A stretch of 64,000 nt of DNA from contig VJWM01000106.1 of the NCBI GenBank assembly GCA_010909165.1, positions 620,001 through 684,000 of the forward strand, in the 5' to 3' direction. Made by a program: the position numbers and the translations under genes. Origin of the DNA: Anthoceros angustus. Its lineage: Eukaryota > Plantae > Anthocerotophyta. This document shows, piece after piece, positions 34,061 to 47,289 of this stretch; positions within the stretch are counted from its first letter, which is position 1; each line of letters begins with the position of its first letter. Below the pieces are notes generated by a model. The model ran no database searches. It saw only the letters and a list, made by a program, of their open reading frames with translations, and had not been told where the DNA came from.

Positions 34061-35852
34061 CTACAGGGACGGCGAAGACCGGAAGGAGTCCCGACCCGGG
34101 TTTGCTACTCCAGTGGTGTTTTCGGCGACGTGCTTCTGCAGATTCTTAATTTCTCGCCTTAGCTGTAACACTTCGGCAGACACATCCGTGGCTTTCAGCT
34201 CCTGGCGGAGCAGCTTAACCTCTTGCTCCAACCCCTTGATCTTGGCCTCGTGCTCCTTGAGAGTCAGGGTGATGGATGATACGTCGACAGCTTCGGATCT
34301 CTGGGCGAGGGACAGGGCCTGGACATTTGCACACAAACAAGAGTGAGACCCAAGGGTCTCATGCAGAAAGGGGAGAATGAGCGAGAGCCACCAAGTCATA
34401 CAGCACAGAATAAGTGACTTGTTTGCAGCCCTTCACAACACCTGCAAGAGGTCTTGACCGGTGGATATCACATATAAACTCTGTTGCTTGTAAAACTGGA
34501 ATCTAGCAGCCTGCACAGTTGAGATGTGGGACAGTTTCAAGACAACCCTTACTGGACATGCCTTGCAGCAGGCATCTGAGTGGCTCTCATGGCAAAAACG
34601 CGTCACTCGGATTCCCACACGTCACACACATATGCGGCCGGGTGCGAATCAAGGACACACAAAGTAAGAAGCAAGAAGGGCCAAGCTACCCTACCATACG
34701 CTACCCTACCCTACCCCTATGCACTTCCCTGTCTAGATGAAAAGATTGGCCGGCCGGCTGATGAGAAAGCTCAGGCACATATTGAAGGAGCGCAGGCCGC
34801 AGCTGTGAGGCTATTGCTAATGTTAACGATTCCTCGCATTCCACACGGACGGACTGGAATGAGACAGAGAAGGAAAAGTGCGAGAAACGACAACTCACCT
34901 TCTCGAGCAGGAGGATTTTCTGGCCTTGGTTGCTGACGGAGACTTCCTGCCTGGTGACGCTTTGGAGCACAAACTGCAAGTGCTGACCTAGCAAGTCTGT
35001 ACAATGCTGATCCACCACGCCCTGGGGCACTGACGAGCTGCACCCGACTTGCTTGAAGGGACAATTGACCAGCTTCATAGGACAGACGGTGACACAGTGC
35101 TTGTCCATATCCCGCCGCTGAACCCTAGACTTGCAGCCCTGGTCGCAGAGCAGCAATTTGTAAGGGCAGGAGGCATCGTGAGCGTCCGCGTGCACAGCCG
35201 AGAAGACCGCGCCGCAGCCGTCGTTCTCACAAGTCATGGGCCGAAGTGCGCAGTTGGCCTTGTGCTCCGCCAATTCCTCGCTGCTCTCGAAGCGCATCTC
35301 GCAGTGGTAGTTGAGGGAGCGATCGACGCGCTTGAGCAGCAGCTTGGCCATGGACTCCCGCCTGCCGACCATCCATATCCCGCCGCGGTCCAGCTCCGCC
35401 ACAAAGTCCTCGATCTTGTCGTCCTTCTTCTCGCTGTAGAGAATTTTGCTGGACACCCGGCTGAAGAGGTTCTTCTTGGAGCGCACAAAACCCTCGAGCA
35501 TGTCCTCCACCACCTTGTACGGCTGCACCAGGTTCCCGGACTTTACATCCGGCGGCTGCGATCCCGCGGACGCGTGCGCGTCCAGCTGGTGCTGCAAATA
35601 CTCCAGCATGTCCTTCTTCACCTCCGACACCACTGAGCCGGGGTGGTTGAAGGGATCGCCTGCCGTCTTCTCCACGCATGCCGTGGCCAGGGTGATGAGC
35701 AGGGACTGCGTGATGCGCTCCACCTGCTCCACGTCATAGTAGCCGCACTCCTGCAGCACCGGCTGGAGCGGCGCCGCGTCTCCAGATTTCTCTCCCCCCG
35801 GCGGGACGCCCGCCGCGCCTGCTGCTCCCCTCAGTGATCCAAAGGACAGCAT
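34061..35852 (-). CDS. TRAF-type zinc-finger protein with C-terminal coiled coil (exons ~35852-34899 and 34318-34061)
   Basis: CENDGC...HDASCPYKLLLCDQGC...HCVTVCPMKLVNCPFKQVGC TRAF zinc-finger repeats. GT/AG intron 34898-34319. Confidence 0.85.
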
Positions 35853-37777
35853 GAATCCTGGCTACCGTTGTGGAGAGCGATCATCCCAGGTCGGCCCGCC
35901 CGGGGTCCGATCCGCCGCAATTGCCTTTCAAATCACACCTCTACTCGATCTCACAACCACTCCCTCCTCACCCCTCCCCTTCCCTCCTCCCTCCACAACG
36001 AACGCACAACGACAGCGAAGCGAGCAACAAGCAAAGCACACCAGCTCCCGCCGGGCGATCCGAATCCCCGGATCAGCTACCGCACATCACGCAATTGGCA
36101 CCAAATTCCGCAGCCCTAGCAGCTCCAATCTCAATCCTTCAGACACTGACTGACAATTGCTCCTCCCAACCGCAGCAGCAGCGGCAGAAGAAGCACAAGC
36201 AAAGGCACGGATAGCGATCCGGCAGCAGCAGCAGCGATGCGGCACACAAATCCACGCCCCCGGAGGTCGTGGTAGGGTTGATCTACAGTGCGAGGAGAGG
36301 GGAGGCGGGGCTCGTCACGTTCGAGGCACCTCCCGCAGCCGCAAGATTATATTATATAGGAAAAGGAGGCGACGAGGCCCGCTCCACCTCCTCCTCCTTC
36401 CGCTGCCGTTTCCCTTCCCCTTCCGCTGCTTCTGCCGCTGCTGCTGCTGCGGCCGATGGCGATGGCCCTGGCCCTGGCCCTGGCCCCGCGCGCTGATGCC
36501 ACTGGCGATGGCAGACGCAGGAAGGCAGGCAGGCAAGCAGGCGTGCAAATGGCGGGAAGCGGCAGAGGCCAGGCCCGGCCCGGCAGTGGGGCAGCAGCGG
36601 ACGCAGACAGACAGACAGACTGTGTGCGTGAAATCGCAGGCAGGCGGGCAGGGGCAGGCAAGCACGCGGAGGCCGACGCCCGAGCTCCAGCAAAAGCGTT
36701 CCCCTTGCCTCTGGCGGGTCCCCACCTTAAATATATATTACTCTCTTCAGTCCCCGGTCGACGTCGACTCCTCTCCTCGGACCTCAACCAACCAACCGAG
36801 TTTAATCTGCCGCGCTTCAGCCTCTAGCAGTCCCTGTTTACACGCAATGTGTTATGTACTCGCTGGCAAACATATTATAGAACGGAGCGGGTCAGGAATT
36901 AACATTAACGTGGGTAATGGCAATTGCCGTGGGTCCAGCGGAGCAGTTAGCGCCCGTTACGGTTACATCGGTTAAGTTCCCGTTGATGACATGGGCGCGA
37001 CGACGGCGCACCGGTTAGGAGACCTGGTCAAGAAAGAGGGAAGACCACGAGGAGCCGAGGAGCCGAGGAGACGCAATTGCGATTTACGACTGCCGGGCTG
37101 GGCTGGGCTGGGCTGGGCTGGGCAGCAGGACGGCCAACAAAATGTTCACGAGCATTGCAACAAACAGCACTGGGGAGTGCAGTGGATGGCATTAGTGGGT
37201 GCGTCCGTTTGGGCTTCCAAGTTCGGGAATCCGGCACAGAAGTGACAAGGAGGACGGATTGGATGGCATTGCGCGCAGCCCACATCCTCCCTGGACTCCA
37301 CCCAGACTGCAGGCAGTGTACTGGTAGGGCAGGGGCCAGAATCCCAGATTCCTTGCTTGCTGCTTGGTGCGTGTGGCCCCGCGCGCGTCGAATGCCTTCG
37401 CATTATATTGTGCGCACTGCGGGCTGCACTTTAGGGTTTCGGGAACGACGCGCCCCCGAGGCCGGAGGCCGGAGCTGGGCCCTCACCTTCGCCTTCCTGG
37501 AACAAGGCGACATATGTATGTAGATCCAGGCTGCAGCTCGCCCTCGCGCCGGTCAGAGCACGTGCCCAGGCTGCCCAGCGGCCCTCCTCAATTATGTATG
37601 TAAGCACAACCTCACCTTCCGACTTCCACTTGCCTTTCGATTCATGCAACTTTGCCTTGTCCCATCCTTTGTCATATTTGATGTAAACATAAATTACCTT
37701 TCGCTTCTGCATTTCCAGCTTAGAGCGTGGAGGAAGGAAGAATATTGGGCATCGTACCTCGTATTTGGAAACATGGC

Positions 37778-37995
37778 CTATCTTTTCTCTTGTTTGGAAA
37801 GGAACAAAAAGTAAATTATGATCGAATCAATCACTTCATAGACATGTCTATCATGGTAAGGCCAATAGTGAAACAGATACAGACCTATCTTTCCTCTTGT
37901 TTCCAAACAAGGAACAAAAAGTAAATTATGATCAAATCAATCACTTCATAGACATGTCTATCATGGTAAGGCCAGTAGTGAAACATATATAGAAC
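37778..37995. repeat. Tandem duplication, 2 x ~110 bp
   Basis: GGAACAAAAAGTAAATTATGATC...TCATGGTAAGGCC occurs at 37801 and 37911. Confidence 0.9.
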
Positions 37996-38620
37996 ATACA
38001 AATGTCAGACTGGTCCAATAATGGACCTGGCCACCCACTTTAGGTGTTCGTCCCAGGAGTGACAGAGTACTCGACCTTACATTAATCTTTTCAAATCTCC
38101 CACTAGTTGTCAGAAATCTCTTTGCCGTAGTCTTCAGACGTCGTCAGAGATCACGAGCCCAAACGTAAATTTCACATGATGTTTCGCAGAGTCGGTGAGA
38201 GTACGCGGCCAGTGGGGTCATGGCACATCTGTATGTACATGTTCAGTGGAGGGGTCGGTGAGAGTACTTGACGAACCAGGCGTATCGTTTGGTGGGATAT
38301 TTTGAGCCGGACATCAAAGACAGAAATGTACAATAGGGAATCAGAATAGTCTATGTTGGATCCAATTGAAGTGATGTAGAAGAGTGAATGTATTGAGTAA
38401 TTGACAACCCAATGGTAAGTAATCCCTTCTATGGAAGAGTGAATGCATTGAATAATTGACAACCTTATGGTAAGGAATCTCTTCTAGTGGAACAGTGAAT
38501 GCATTGAATCATGGACAACCCAATGGTAAGTAATCAAAGAGTTCTCTTGTGCTGAAAAAGTCTCACCATGGAGGTCGGCCCATCATTTACAAATTATCAT
38601 ATGTCCAAAACATGGATTCT
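37990..38620 (-). mobile_element. Possible decayed Ty1/copia 3' end (PPT + LTR start) with 3 x ~55-bp tandem repeat (38379-38536)
   Basis: Minus strand AGTGGGAGAT-T-TG at 38104-38092 is a copia-type PPT/LTR junction. The tandem repeats are read directly. Confidence 0.4.
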
Positions 38621-39272
38621 AGGTTCGGATTCTAATCTTGTATAGTTTGTTCACTATGGTCAGTTTTGCCCATATATGGCCTTTTATTTTTCCGCCAATA
38701 TTATATAATCTCTTTTAACTTTGAGTTATGATATTTTTCAAGATATTGTAGTTGATTTTTTATGCAAGATACAGCTTTATATCTTATGGAGACCCATCCC
38801 CAGCTCTCCAAGCTGCCCTATGTAAGATAGGTTCATGTATCTCTTCTAATTTAATAGACTGCTCACTTATGAACGCTTTGATAGATGATAATAGGAGAAG
38901 GTCGTTGTTACGTTGGCAACTAAGTTTGCGTCTCTTGTTTCCTGTCGCTCCCAGCACATGCAGTCAGTGACCTCGAGTTTCCCAACGGAGTGTCGTTTGT
39001 CCCGGTTGCAGTTGCGCTTGTTGACGAGCCGATGAGATAAGCGTGAAGCGAGACATGAAGTTATCCAAACGGATCACCAAATTAACAGGTGCCGGATCGA
39101 GGCGGGATCACGGCTTGTGCATGGTCAGCTGCGAATGGCAGGCAATCGGGCTGCGATTTTCGGTCGCGGCCTGCTTCATGGCTGCCGCGGGGAAGCGGAT
39201 TGCATCATTCCTGCGTGAGCAACACCGAGCTCTGCGATTCCATTCATCCTGCGAACACTCTCCGACATCGAC

Positions 39273-40982
39273 ATGGCGGCAACGGCAGACCTGGTATGGC
39301 TCCGGCAGCGGGTGCCAGCGGACGCCTTGTTCCTGGGATTCGACAGCTCCACGCAGTCGTGCAAGGCGACGGCCCTGGACGCGGGGCTGAACATGGTGGC
39401 GTTCGAGTCGGTGAACTTCGACTCGGAGCTCCCGCATCACGGCACCAAGGGCGGAGTGCACCGGGACCCTCTGGCCCCGGGCCGGGTGACGGCCCCTGCT
39501 CTCATGTGGGTGGAGGCCTTAGAGCTCCTCCTCTCCAAGCTCCAATCTTCCGGCTTCCCCTTCTCCCACGTCCGGGCCGTGTCCGGGAGCGGGCAGCAGC
39601 ACGGGAGCGTGTTCTGGAAGGCGGGAGCAAGGGCAAAGCTGCGGGGTCTGGCCCCGGGTACCCCGATCGCGGAGCAGCTGCGAGGATGGCTGGCCACCCC
39701 GGACTCCCCGGTCTGGATGGACAGCAGCACGGGAGATCAGTGCCGGGAGGTGGAGCAGGCCCTGGGAGGAGCCGAGGCCGTGGCGTCCCTCACCGGCTCC
39801 CGCGCGCATGAGCGCTTCACCGGCCCGCAGATACGGAAGCTGTGGCAGACGAAGCCGGAGGTGTATGCTTCCACGGAGCGGATCTCGCTGGTGAGCTCCT
39901 TCATGGCGTCCGTGCTGCGGGGGGAGTACGCCGGGATCGACCACAGCGACGCGGCCGGGATGAACCTCATGGATCTGCGGGAGCGGGAGTGGTCGGAGGC
40001 CGCGTTGCACGCCACCGCGCCGGGGCTGAGGGACAAGTTAGGGGATCTTGCTCATCCGCATGCGGTTGCGGGAGCGTTGAGCTCATACTTCGTGCGGAGC
40101 TATGGCTTCCGGGAGGACTGCGAGGTGGTGTACTGGAGCGGGGACAACCCCTGCTCCTTGGCCGGGCTGGCGTTGAACAGGCCGGGGGATCTGGCCGTGA
40201 GCCTGGGGACGAGCGACACCGTGTTCGGCATCACGCGGAACCCTAACCCTGGCCTGGAGGGACATGTCTTCCCGAATCCGGTGGATCCGTCTTGCTACAT
40301 GGCCTTGCTGTGCTACAAGAACGGGTCTCTGACGCGGGAGCTGGTGCGGGATCAGGCGGCCGGGGGGTCGTGGGAGGAGTTCAACCAGCTGCTGGATCGG
40401 AGCCCGGCATTGAACGACGGGCAGGTCGGGTTCTTCTACACGGAGCCGGAGATTCTGCCTCCGCTTCCTGCCGGGACTCACAGGTTTGTGCACGGGGTGG
40501 CTCGCGCGGCGGGGACGCCGTTCGATGATCCGGCCGAGGTGAGGGCACTGGTGGAAGGCCAGTTTCTGTCCATGCGCGCGCACGCCGAGAGGATCGGGAT
40601 GCCCAGCCCGCCTGAGCGGGTGATAGCAACAGGAGGCGGGTCGGCTAACCAGCATCTGCTCAAGCTCATGGCTCATGTTTTTGGCAGCCCTGTGTACACG
40701 GCTCAGCGCCCGGATTCGGCCTCTCTTGGCGCAGCTCTGCGGGCGGCTCAGGGCTGGCTCTGCCATGCCAAAGGCCAGTTCGTGCCCATGGATCGCGTCA
40801 TTGCTGCTCTGGCCCGAGAGGATGGGAGCGCCGTGCAGTGTAAGCTGGCGGCCCCGCCCGGCGAGGATCGTGTGCACCGTGAGTATGGACTGGCTGCTGC
40901 CAAAAGAGCCCAGCTGGAGAGACGGATGTTGGATGCGCAAGAAGTATCGTTAAAGATGGCAAAGGAGCTTGACCATGAGTGA
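39273..40982 (+). CDS. XYLB: Xylulose kinase (FGGY family, XK-2 type), intronless
   Basis: FLGFDSSTQSCKA, SGSGQQHGSVFW, PVWMDSST, GSRAHERFTGPQI, SLGTSDT and ATGGGSAN motifs. Confidence 0.95.
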   Translation: MAATADLVWLRQRVPADALFLGFDSSTQSCKATALDAGLNMVAFESVNFDSELPHHGTKGGVHRDPLAPGRVTAPALMWVEALELLLSKLQSSGFPFSHVRAVSGSGQQHGSVFWKAGARAKLRGLAPGTPIAEQLRGWLATPDSPVWMDSSTGDQCREVEQALGGAEAVASLTGSRAHERFTGPQIRKLWQTKPEVYASTERISLVSSFMASVLRGEYAGIDHSDAAGMNLMDLREREWSEAALHATAPGLRDKLGDLAHPHAVAGALSSYFVRSYGFREDCEVVYWSGDNPCSLAGLALNRPGDLAVSLGTSDTVFGITRNPNPGLEGHVFPNPVDPSCYMALLCYKNGSLTRELVRDQAAGGSWEEFNQLLDRSPALNDGQVGFFYTEPEILPPLPAGTHRFVHGVARAAGTPFDDPAEVRALVEGQFLSMRAHAERIGMPSPPERVIATGGGSANQHLLKLMAHVFGSPVYTAQRPDSASLGAALRAAQGWLCHAKGQFVPMDRVIAALAREDGSAVQCKLAAPPGEDRVHREYGLAAAKRAQLERRMLDAQEVSLKMAKELDHE

Positions 40983-41125
40983 CCTTCAAATGAATAATTA
41001 ACTTTATTAACTTTGTGCCGTCACTGCAAAAATTTCAGACTGCTCTGAGCAGCCTTCAGTTCCTCAAAGCGCAGCCACCAGCCGCCAGACTGCAAAGAAT
41101 GTTGCATAAACAATGCCATGAAAAA

Positions 41126-44100
41126 TCAACTCCTCCCAGATACCTCTGCTTGTCGTTCGGCGGGGACTTCGACTGGGGTGTCGGATGGGCTTTCTGGTGG
41201 GACCTTGGCTAGGCTGATTTCCTGGCCCTCTGCTACCATTATCTCGTGACCTTGCTTCGACCCAAAGGCAACCTCGAAGACCTCGTTGTAGTGATCCACA
41301 AAGTGGACGTCCAGTCCCTCCTTAACGTATTCTGGAAGTTCTCCGTAATCACGTTTGTTGGCTGCTGGGAAGATGATTGTTTTCACCCCGCTTCGCCTGG
41401 CAGCAATGGTCTTCTCCTTGACCTGAGACGAGTGTCTTACAATGTTAGTGCGGGGCACTCTGCAAGGAGACGTAGAACAAAAAAAGAACAGCTTACTTAC
41501 CCCACCAATGGGTAGAACACGGCCAGTCAGAGTGACTTCCCCTGTCATGGCCACATCCCGGTTGACCATCTTTCCCATAGCCAACGAGAGCATGGACGTG
41601 ATCATGGTGCATCCGGCACTAGGCCCGTCTTTGGGAGTGGCACCAGCTGGTACATGGAGGTGCAATCTTGCGGTTGCAAAGAAGTCATTGCTTGCATCCT
41701 TCTCTCGCAAAACAGCCCTGGACACTGTATGAGCAATAGTTGCGCTCTCTTTCATCACATCACCAAGTTGACCCGTCATCTGTAACGAGCCTTTACCCTC
41801 TCCTTTCTCTATAAGGCTTGTCTCCACATACAGAGTGGAACCCCCCATAGCGGTCCAGGCCAGACCCATCACAACACCTAGAGGAGTCTGGTCATACAGT
41901 CGGTCACTTTGGAACACTGGATTCCCAACATAGTCTGGAAGATTCGACTCCTCTACAATAAGCTTCGGTTGCGCCAGACCATCAACTTCTACCGTGGACT
42001 TCTCTTCACTTTCCTGAAACAAGTCAAAGACGAGCAGTCAGTCAGCAGCTCCACAATGTCAACGCCAACTGAAATCTGGAAGGAAGCCTCCGGCAAGAGA
42101 CGCACCAGGCCTAGGTCATTCAACGGCTGGATCAAGTGGCTCTCCAAGTGGCTTGTCTCTATTCCTAGAGAGTTCTCATCCACACTAATATCCCGTTGGT
42201 CATCGTATACATCATGCTGAGGATCACTCAATAGTTGGACTAAATAGCTAAAGTTCCGCAAACCATCTGCTGCTTCTGTACTCGGATCATCTGCTTCCGT
42301 CTCCACCTCCTCGTGCTGTGACGAGCTCAAAAGTTGAGTCAAGTAGCTGGCATTCGGCACAGCATCTTTGGGGACCACGGAGGGATCATCAGCCCCTATC
42401 TCTCCCCTGTCATTCCGAAGCAGGGCAGCCAAATCCTCTATTTGCTCTGCAATTTCAGGAACACTTACAATGTGGAGGTCATTCTCTTCAACCTCAACTA
42501 CTGCATCACGTGTAGCTCGAACGCCATGCTCAACAAGAGAAGAGTTATTTCTGGCTGACTTCAATCCCACAGCAGCTTCTTCATTTCCGTCTTGTGCCTG
42601 ACCAGCACTTTCAATCTCCATGCGAACAAGCTTGAGGGCAACCTATAGACCACCTCAACAGTTTCCACTTCAGAACCCAGCCAACATCCACTGCCTCACC
42701 GTCTTTGACCGGCATCCACCACATTCATATGTCAAGGCCCTTTTACACAACAACCAATTGTAGAGACACACAGCTGATAACTCTACAAGAGTGGCACATC
42801 ACTATACCTTTCGATAAATTTTCTCAATGTGCTTCTGGAGACTACGCACTCCAGCCTCCCGACAATATGTTTCAATCAGAATATGGAGCGCCTCATCTGT
42901 TAACTCAACCTGCAACACAGTAAAGAGTATTGTTGGGACACTTCCACGAACTCAAGCAGCACAAGGCTTTGACATTGATAAACCAGAGACTCATAAGCCT
43001 GCTTCTCAGTGTTGGACAGCTGATGACCTGTCCTGATTTCACACCAGAGCCCTCTCGGGCAGCCTTCTCTAGATAGTCCCGAGCAATGTGTTTTTTCTCG
43101 TCTGTGATGTAGCCAACTAGTCTAATGACCTCCATTCTGTCCAAAAGCGGGTTTGGAATCATTTCCACCACGTTTGCGGTACAAACAAATAACACCTGAC
43201 AATAAAAACAGGTGCATGTTAGGAGTTCAACCCTGACATCAGACACTTGGCAAAAGCTGAGAGACAACAACGCATCACACCTTTGATAGGTCAATTGGGA
43301 CATCAAGATAGTGATCTAGAAAGTTCTGATTTTGCTCTGGATCCAAAAGCTCTAAGAGGGCACTTGCTGGATCTCCCGCATGTCCACGGCCAAGCTGAGT
43401 AACAAGTAAACTGATGAACAAACTGAAGAACGCACGAGAACTTGAAGAGAAACACCAGGAATAGCGCCAAAACTGCTTGTAAGCCCCCCTTTACCTTGTC
43501 AATCTCATCAATGAGCACCAGCGGATTTGCTGTGCCTGTTGCTTTCAGACACTGAACCATCTTACCAGGCATTGCTCCAACATATGTCCTTCTATGGCCC
43601 TGCGTGGAACCCAACAGGACATTTCACTACATGCAAATTCAGTCACTACGTACAGTCACGTGTGCCAGCACGAGGCTCTCCTCCAACCCTACCTCTAGTA
43701 GTCAAGGGAAGTCTTACCTTAATTTCAGCAACATCACTGAGACCTCCCACAGAAAATCGATAAAACTTCCGGTTTAGTGCATGCGCAATCGAGCGTCCAA
43801 TACTTGTTTTTCCCACACCAGGCGGGCCAGCAAGGCAGATAATCTTACCTGCAAACACAATACACCTTCAGGGCTCATACTCTGAAAACACAGCTTGATT
43901 GGTCATCAGAGATTGGGGTGGGAAGACTGAGAGATACCATGTGCACTCCCTCTTAACTTGCCAACAGCAATAAACTCCAGAATCCTCTCTTTGACATCAG
44001 ACAGGCCATAGTGCTCAGCATCCAGGATCTCTTGAGCTTGCTTGACATTGAAGTTCTCCTCGCTGCAGCCATGGAACAAACGAGAATAAGCAAAGGCTGC

Positions 44101-46914
44101 AAAGATCTGCCCTCCAGCTCAAGCTCATCAACTTTATTCTCCGTCACCTGTATCGACCCCAGGGAATGGATGTGAGCCAGTCCAAATAGTTCCTGGTCAC
44201 ATTAAATTCACTGGAACTGGCTTCCAACCCCTGCAACTTGCTCAACTCCTCATCAATCACTTGTAAGATGTTGGGAGGACAAGCCTTTCTGTTGGGTTCT
44301 AATCTCTCCCTGAATTTGGCTGCACATAGCACAGGCGACCAGATTGTTGGAGAACTGGAAACATCAAAGGTAGCTGTGCCAACGCCCTGGTGACTGACCT
44401 ACCAGTGAGAGCTGTTTTGTCGTCTGTCTCCAATCCTAGCTCCTGAAAAATGCAGCGTGCAGAGGTAAGCAACATGGTAACCACCACCCAACAGTTTCAC
44501 CCAGTCTGAACCTTAAGCATCATCTCTTCACCTTCTTTATCGCCTTCAGCTGCTCCATGAGGAAAAAACGGCGCTGCTCACCACTGATTTTCTCCTCCAC
44601 ACCCTTGGCAATTGACGCCTGTCAGAAAACATGCACACCGTGGACATGGTTATCCCAGCCCCCTGCTGCACACAGAAGTTGGTGCTTTACAGCCAAGTCA
44701 GACAGCTTACCTGCAGCTTGCTGAGCTCTAACTCCTTCTTCAATAGCATAAGTGTCAGGCTTAAACGCTTTTCTACCTGCCAAGCACCTAACCCTCAGCT
44801 GAAACCCACTTTGGGTAAAAAAAAACGTCTCATCACACACAGAGAAAAGTACATAGGAAAGAGGAGTCTGCACTGCATCTTACATCTAGCTCCTCCAGCA
44901 CCTCCTGCAATGAAGGCTCGTCAGCAGTAGTTAAGGCAGCACCAAAGTCAGCCAACCTTGAGGCATTGAAGTCTCCAATGTGCTGCAGGACCATGGAACA
45001 ATTAGACCCGGTTATTCGAAGACACAGAAAAACGGGTGTGCATTAACCTGCATATCAAGCATATACCTGCAGTGACTACTGAATGGACATGCCTTACCTG
45101 AACAAACATTTGGATATGTTCCTTGTACAGAGGATTCAGCCGCATCAGATCCTTCATGGTTGAAACAACCTCAAGTACAGTGGCCTTTATGATATCTGTG
45201 GAGGAGTCATGCGACTTGTCCTGAAAATACAGATAGGTACGTCAGGCTGGGATCTAGAAGTTTCACAGTACTGATTGATGGTAACAGCAAGAAAGAAAAA
45301 ATCAACAGCAACCACACCCTCAGATGTTCCACAGAGACGGTCAATGGCTCCGTATCAACCTGGGTGAACAAAAACAGAAACAACCACGGTGAGCAAGAAA
45401 TCACCAAACACGATGGATGTCTCCAAAAATTCTAGATCCTGGCTAGAGACTTACAATTCCAGTGAGACGAACTCGCCTGTGTCCCATAAGAAGCAACTGA
45501 ATCTGTCCAGTCTCTCCTTCCACCGTCCTGATGACATTTGTGACCTGTTCATAAAAAAGGAGGTAAATGGTAGGACCAAGGATGCCACGGAGAAAGGACT
45601 TGGCTGAATGCAAATTAGAATGAAGAGAAGTTTTGCATCGGGGAAAGACAGACCTCAACTTTCAAGGAAACCCCATAGACTGCAAACGAGTGTGCGTAGC
45701 CTTACAAGCTTCAAAACCGTAGGACAACACAAAACGTACCTGGGCAAACGTCCCATATTCATGAAGTTGCTTGTACAGCTTTTCACCACGAAGATCTGCA
45801 ACCTCCACATCACGATCAGTTGAGGAAGAAGATGCACCCTTGTGCTTCAGTTCTACATCCTTCCGTAGGAAGGCCCCTACATAAGGTGTGCCTCGTGAGC
45901 GAAGCTCAATCAGGGCTTCAGCAAGCTTTTGGTCCTGCATTTTCCGTGAGACATATATTAGCAACTGCCCAGGCAATACAGGGCAAGACGAAACCAAGCC
46001 ACTAAGCCATGGGACAGCAAAGTGCACATATGCCATCTTTACGTAAGAGGTATCCCGTGAACCAAAACAGCGTTACCTTGATCGGAATTGGAACGTAAAA
46101 TCCAGGAAAGAGTGGCCTCCTCGTGAGAGATATAGCTAGGACCTGTACATCAAAAGCAGCAGATTGACTTCAGCAAAATGTCAACCTTTCTCGGCTAATG
46201 AGATTAAGCAAGACACAACAGGCAAGGCCGAATGCATGTATCTAGGGTTTAGGGTTTAAACAGTGAAGGTCAGGCAGGAGATACCTTGGGAAAGTTCTCA
46301 GGTCGTGGACCAGCAGGAACAATCGCACCTGCTGATCCTCCCGCTGAACCCACTTTCCCAGCCGAATCCTCAGCTGCCTGCTCTGCAGCCTCTGCAACTA
46401 CAGGCTCCGCCTCTGCAGCAGCAGGGACAGGAGGGGAATCTACCGCTGCTTCAACATCCTTCGCCTCCTTGGACACTTCCTTGGGGGCTTCCTTCGGCCG
46501 CTCCCCAAACAACGCTTTGGAGATCTGCCTGGGTATTCTCCGCCACCTGGAACCCTCCCCGAGCCATCCTGTCTCCTCCCCATCCCCTTTCTCCCCCACA
46601 CCGCGATCCCCTCTGCCAATCTCAGATGCGCCATTCTCCTCAGCTGGACCCTTTCCCCCACTTTCTCCACGTCTAGAGCCCTCCTCCTTGCCGGATACCT
46701 CAGCCTCTCCAGAATCGTCGTCTCTGCGAGCATTCGAAGACGACAACCTCGCTTGAGGCAGCCCGGAATACGCAGAATGCCTAGCCTTCAGAAGAGAGGC
46801 ATCCACCAGCAGCACAACCTGGTCTTCTACATGGCATCGCCCGTAGCCTGGCAGCAACAATCTCCTCAACGAAGGCACCTGCCGGAACGTGGAGGGACCA
46901 ATTGCTGCCAGCAT
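41126..46914 (-). CDS. LON1: Mitochondrial Lon protease, multi-exon
   Basis: Presequence-like N-terminus; Walker A GPPGVGKT; [11 protein letters not shown]; Walker B VLIDEIDK; catalytic PKDGPSAG and GGVKEK. Confidence 0.96.
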
Positions 46915-47289
46915 AGATGATTCTTGCTAGAACCCAAGGGCGACTGCCCCGTCCGCTTTCGGTCAATGCCTAGACGTTCTCGATTCTGGTCGATTCCGGT
47001 CGATTCCGAGGCTGCTGCCCTTACATCCTTCCGTGGGCAGCAAGCAAATAGGGACACCGTGAGCGAGAGAGATAGTCCGTGAAAATGTAGAGGGAGTGTA
47101 TTATTTAAAAAAAGCCTAGCCGTGCAAGTTTTCTTTTACGCTAAACGCCGAGTAATCACATTGACACTACACCGAGGGGTTTTGGAAAGTTGCTTCCCGA
47201 TTTGCGGATGTCCAGACTTGTCACACTCCCTCAGCGGATCTCCTGTCTCCGGCATTCCTGTGCTCACAGCTTCAGATTGATAGCATCGC

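Noticed and set aside
36157-36975. 272-aa low-complexity ORF
   Set aside because: Made of microsatellite-like GC-rich repeats (GCA, CCTGGC, GCAG). More consistent with UTR/promoter sequence.
37146-37403. CAQCH as a c-type heme-binding motif
   Set aside because: An isolated match in a short ORF with no other cytochrome features; expected by chance.
40083-40940. 285-aa minus-strand ORF and other ORFs overlapping the xylulose kinase
   Set aside because: Antisense or alternate-frame shadows caused by high GC.
46244-46258. TAGGGTTTAGGGTTT as a second telomere remnant
   Set aside because: Two units in an intron. Short telo-box-like motifs are common in plant genes.
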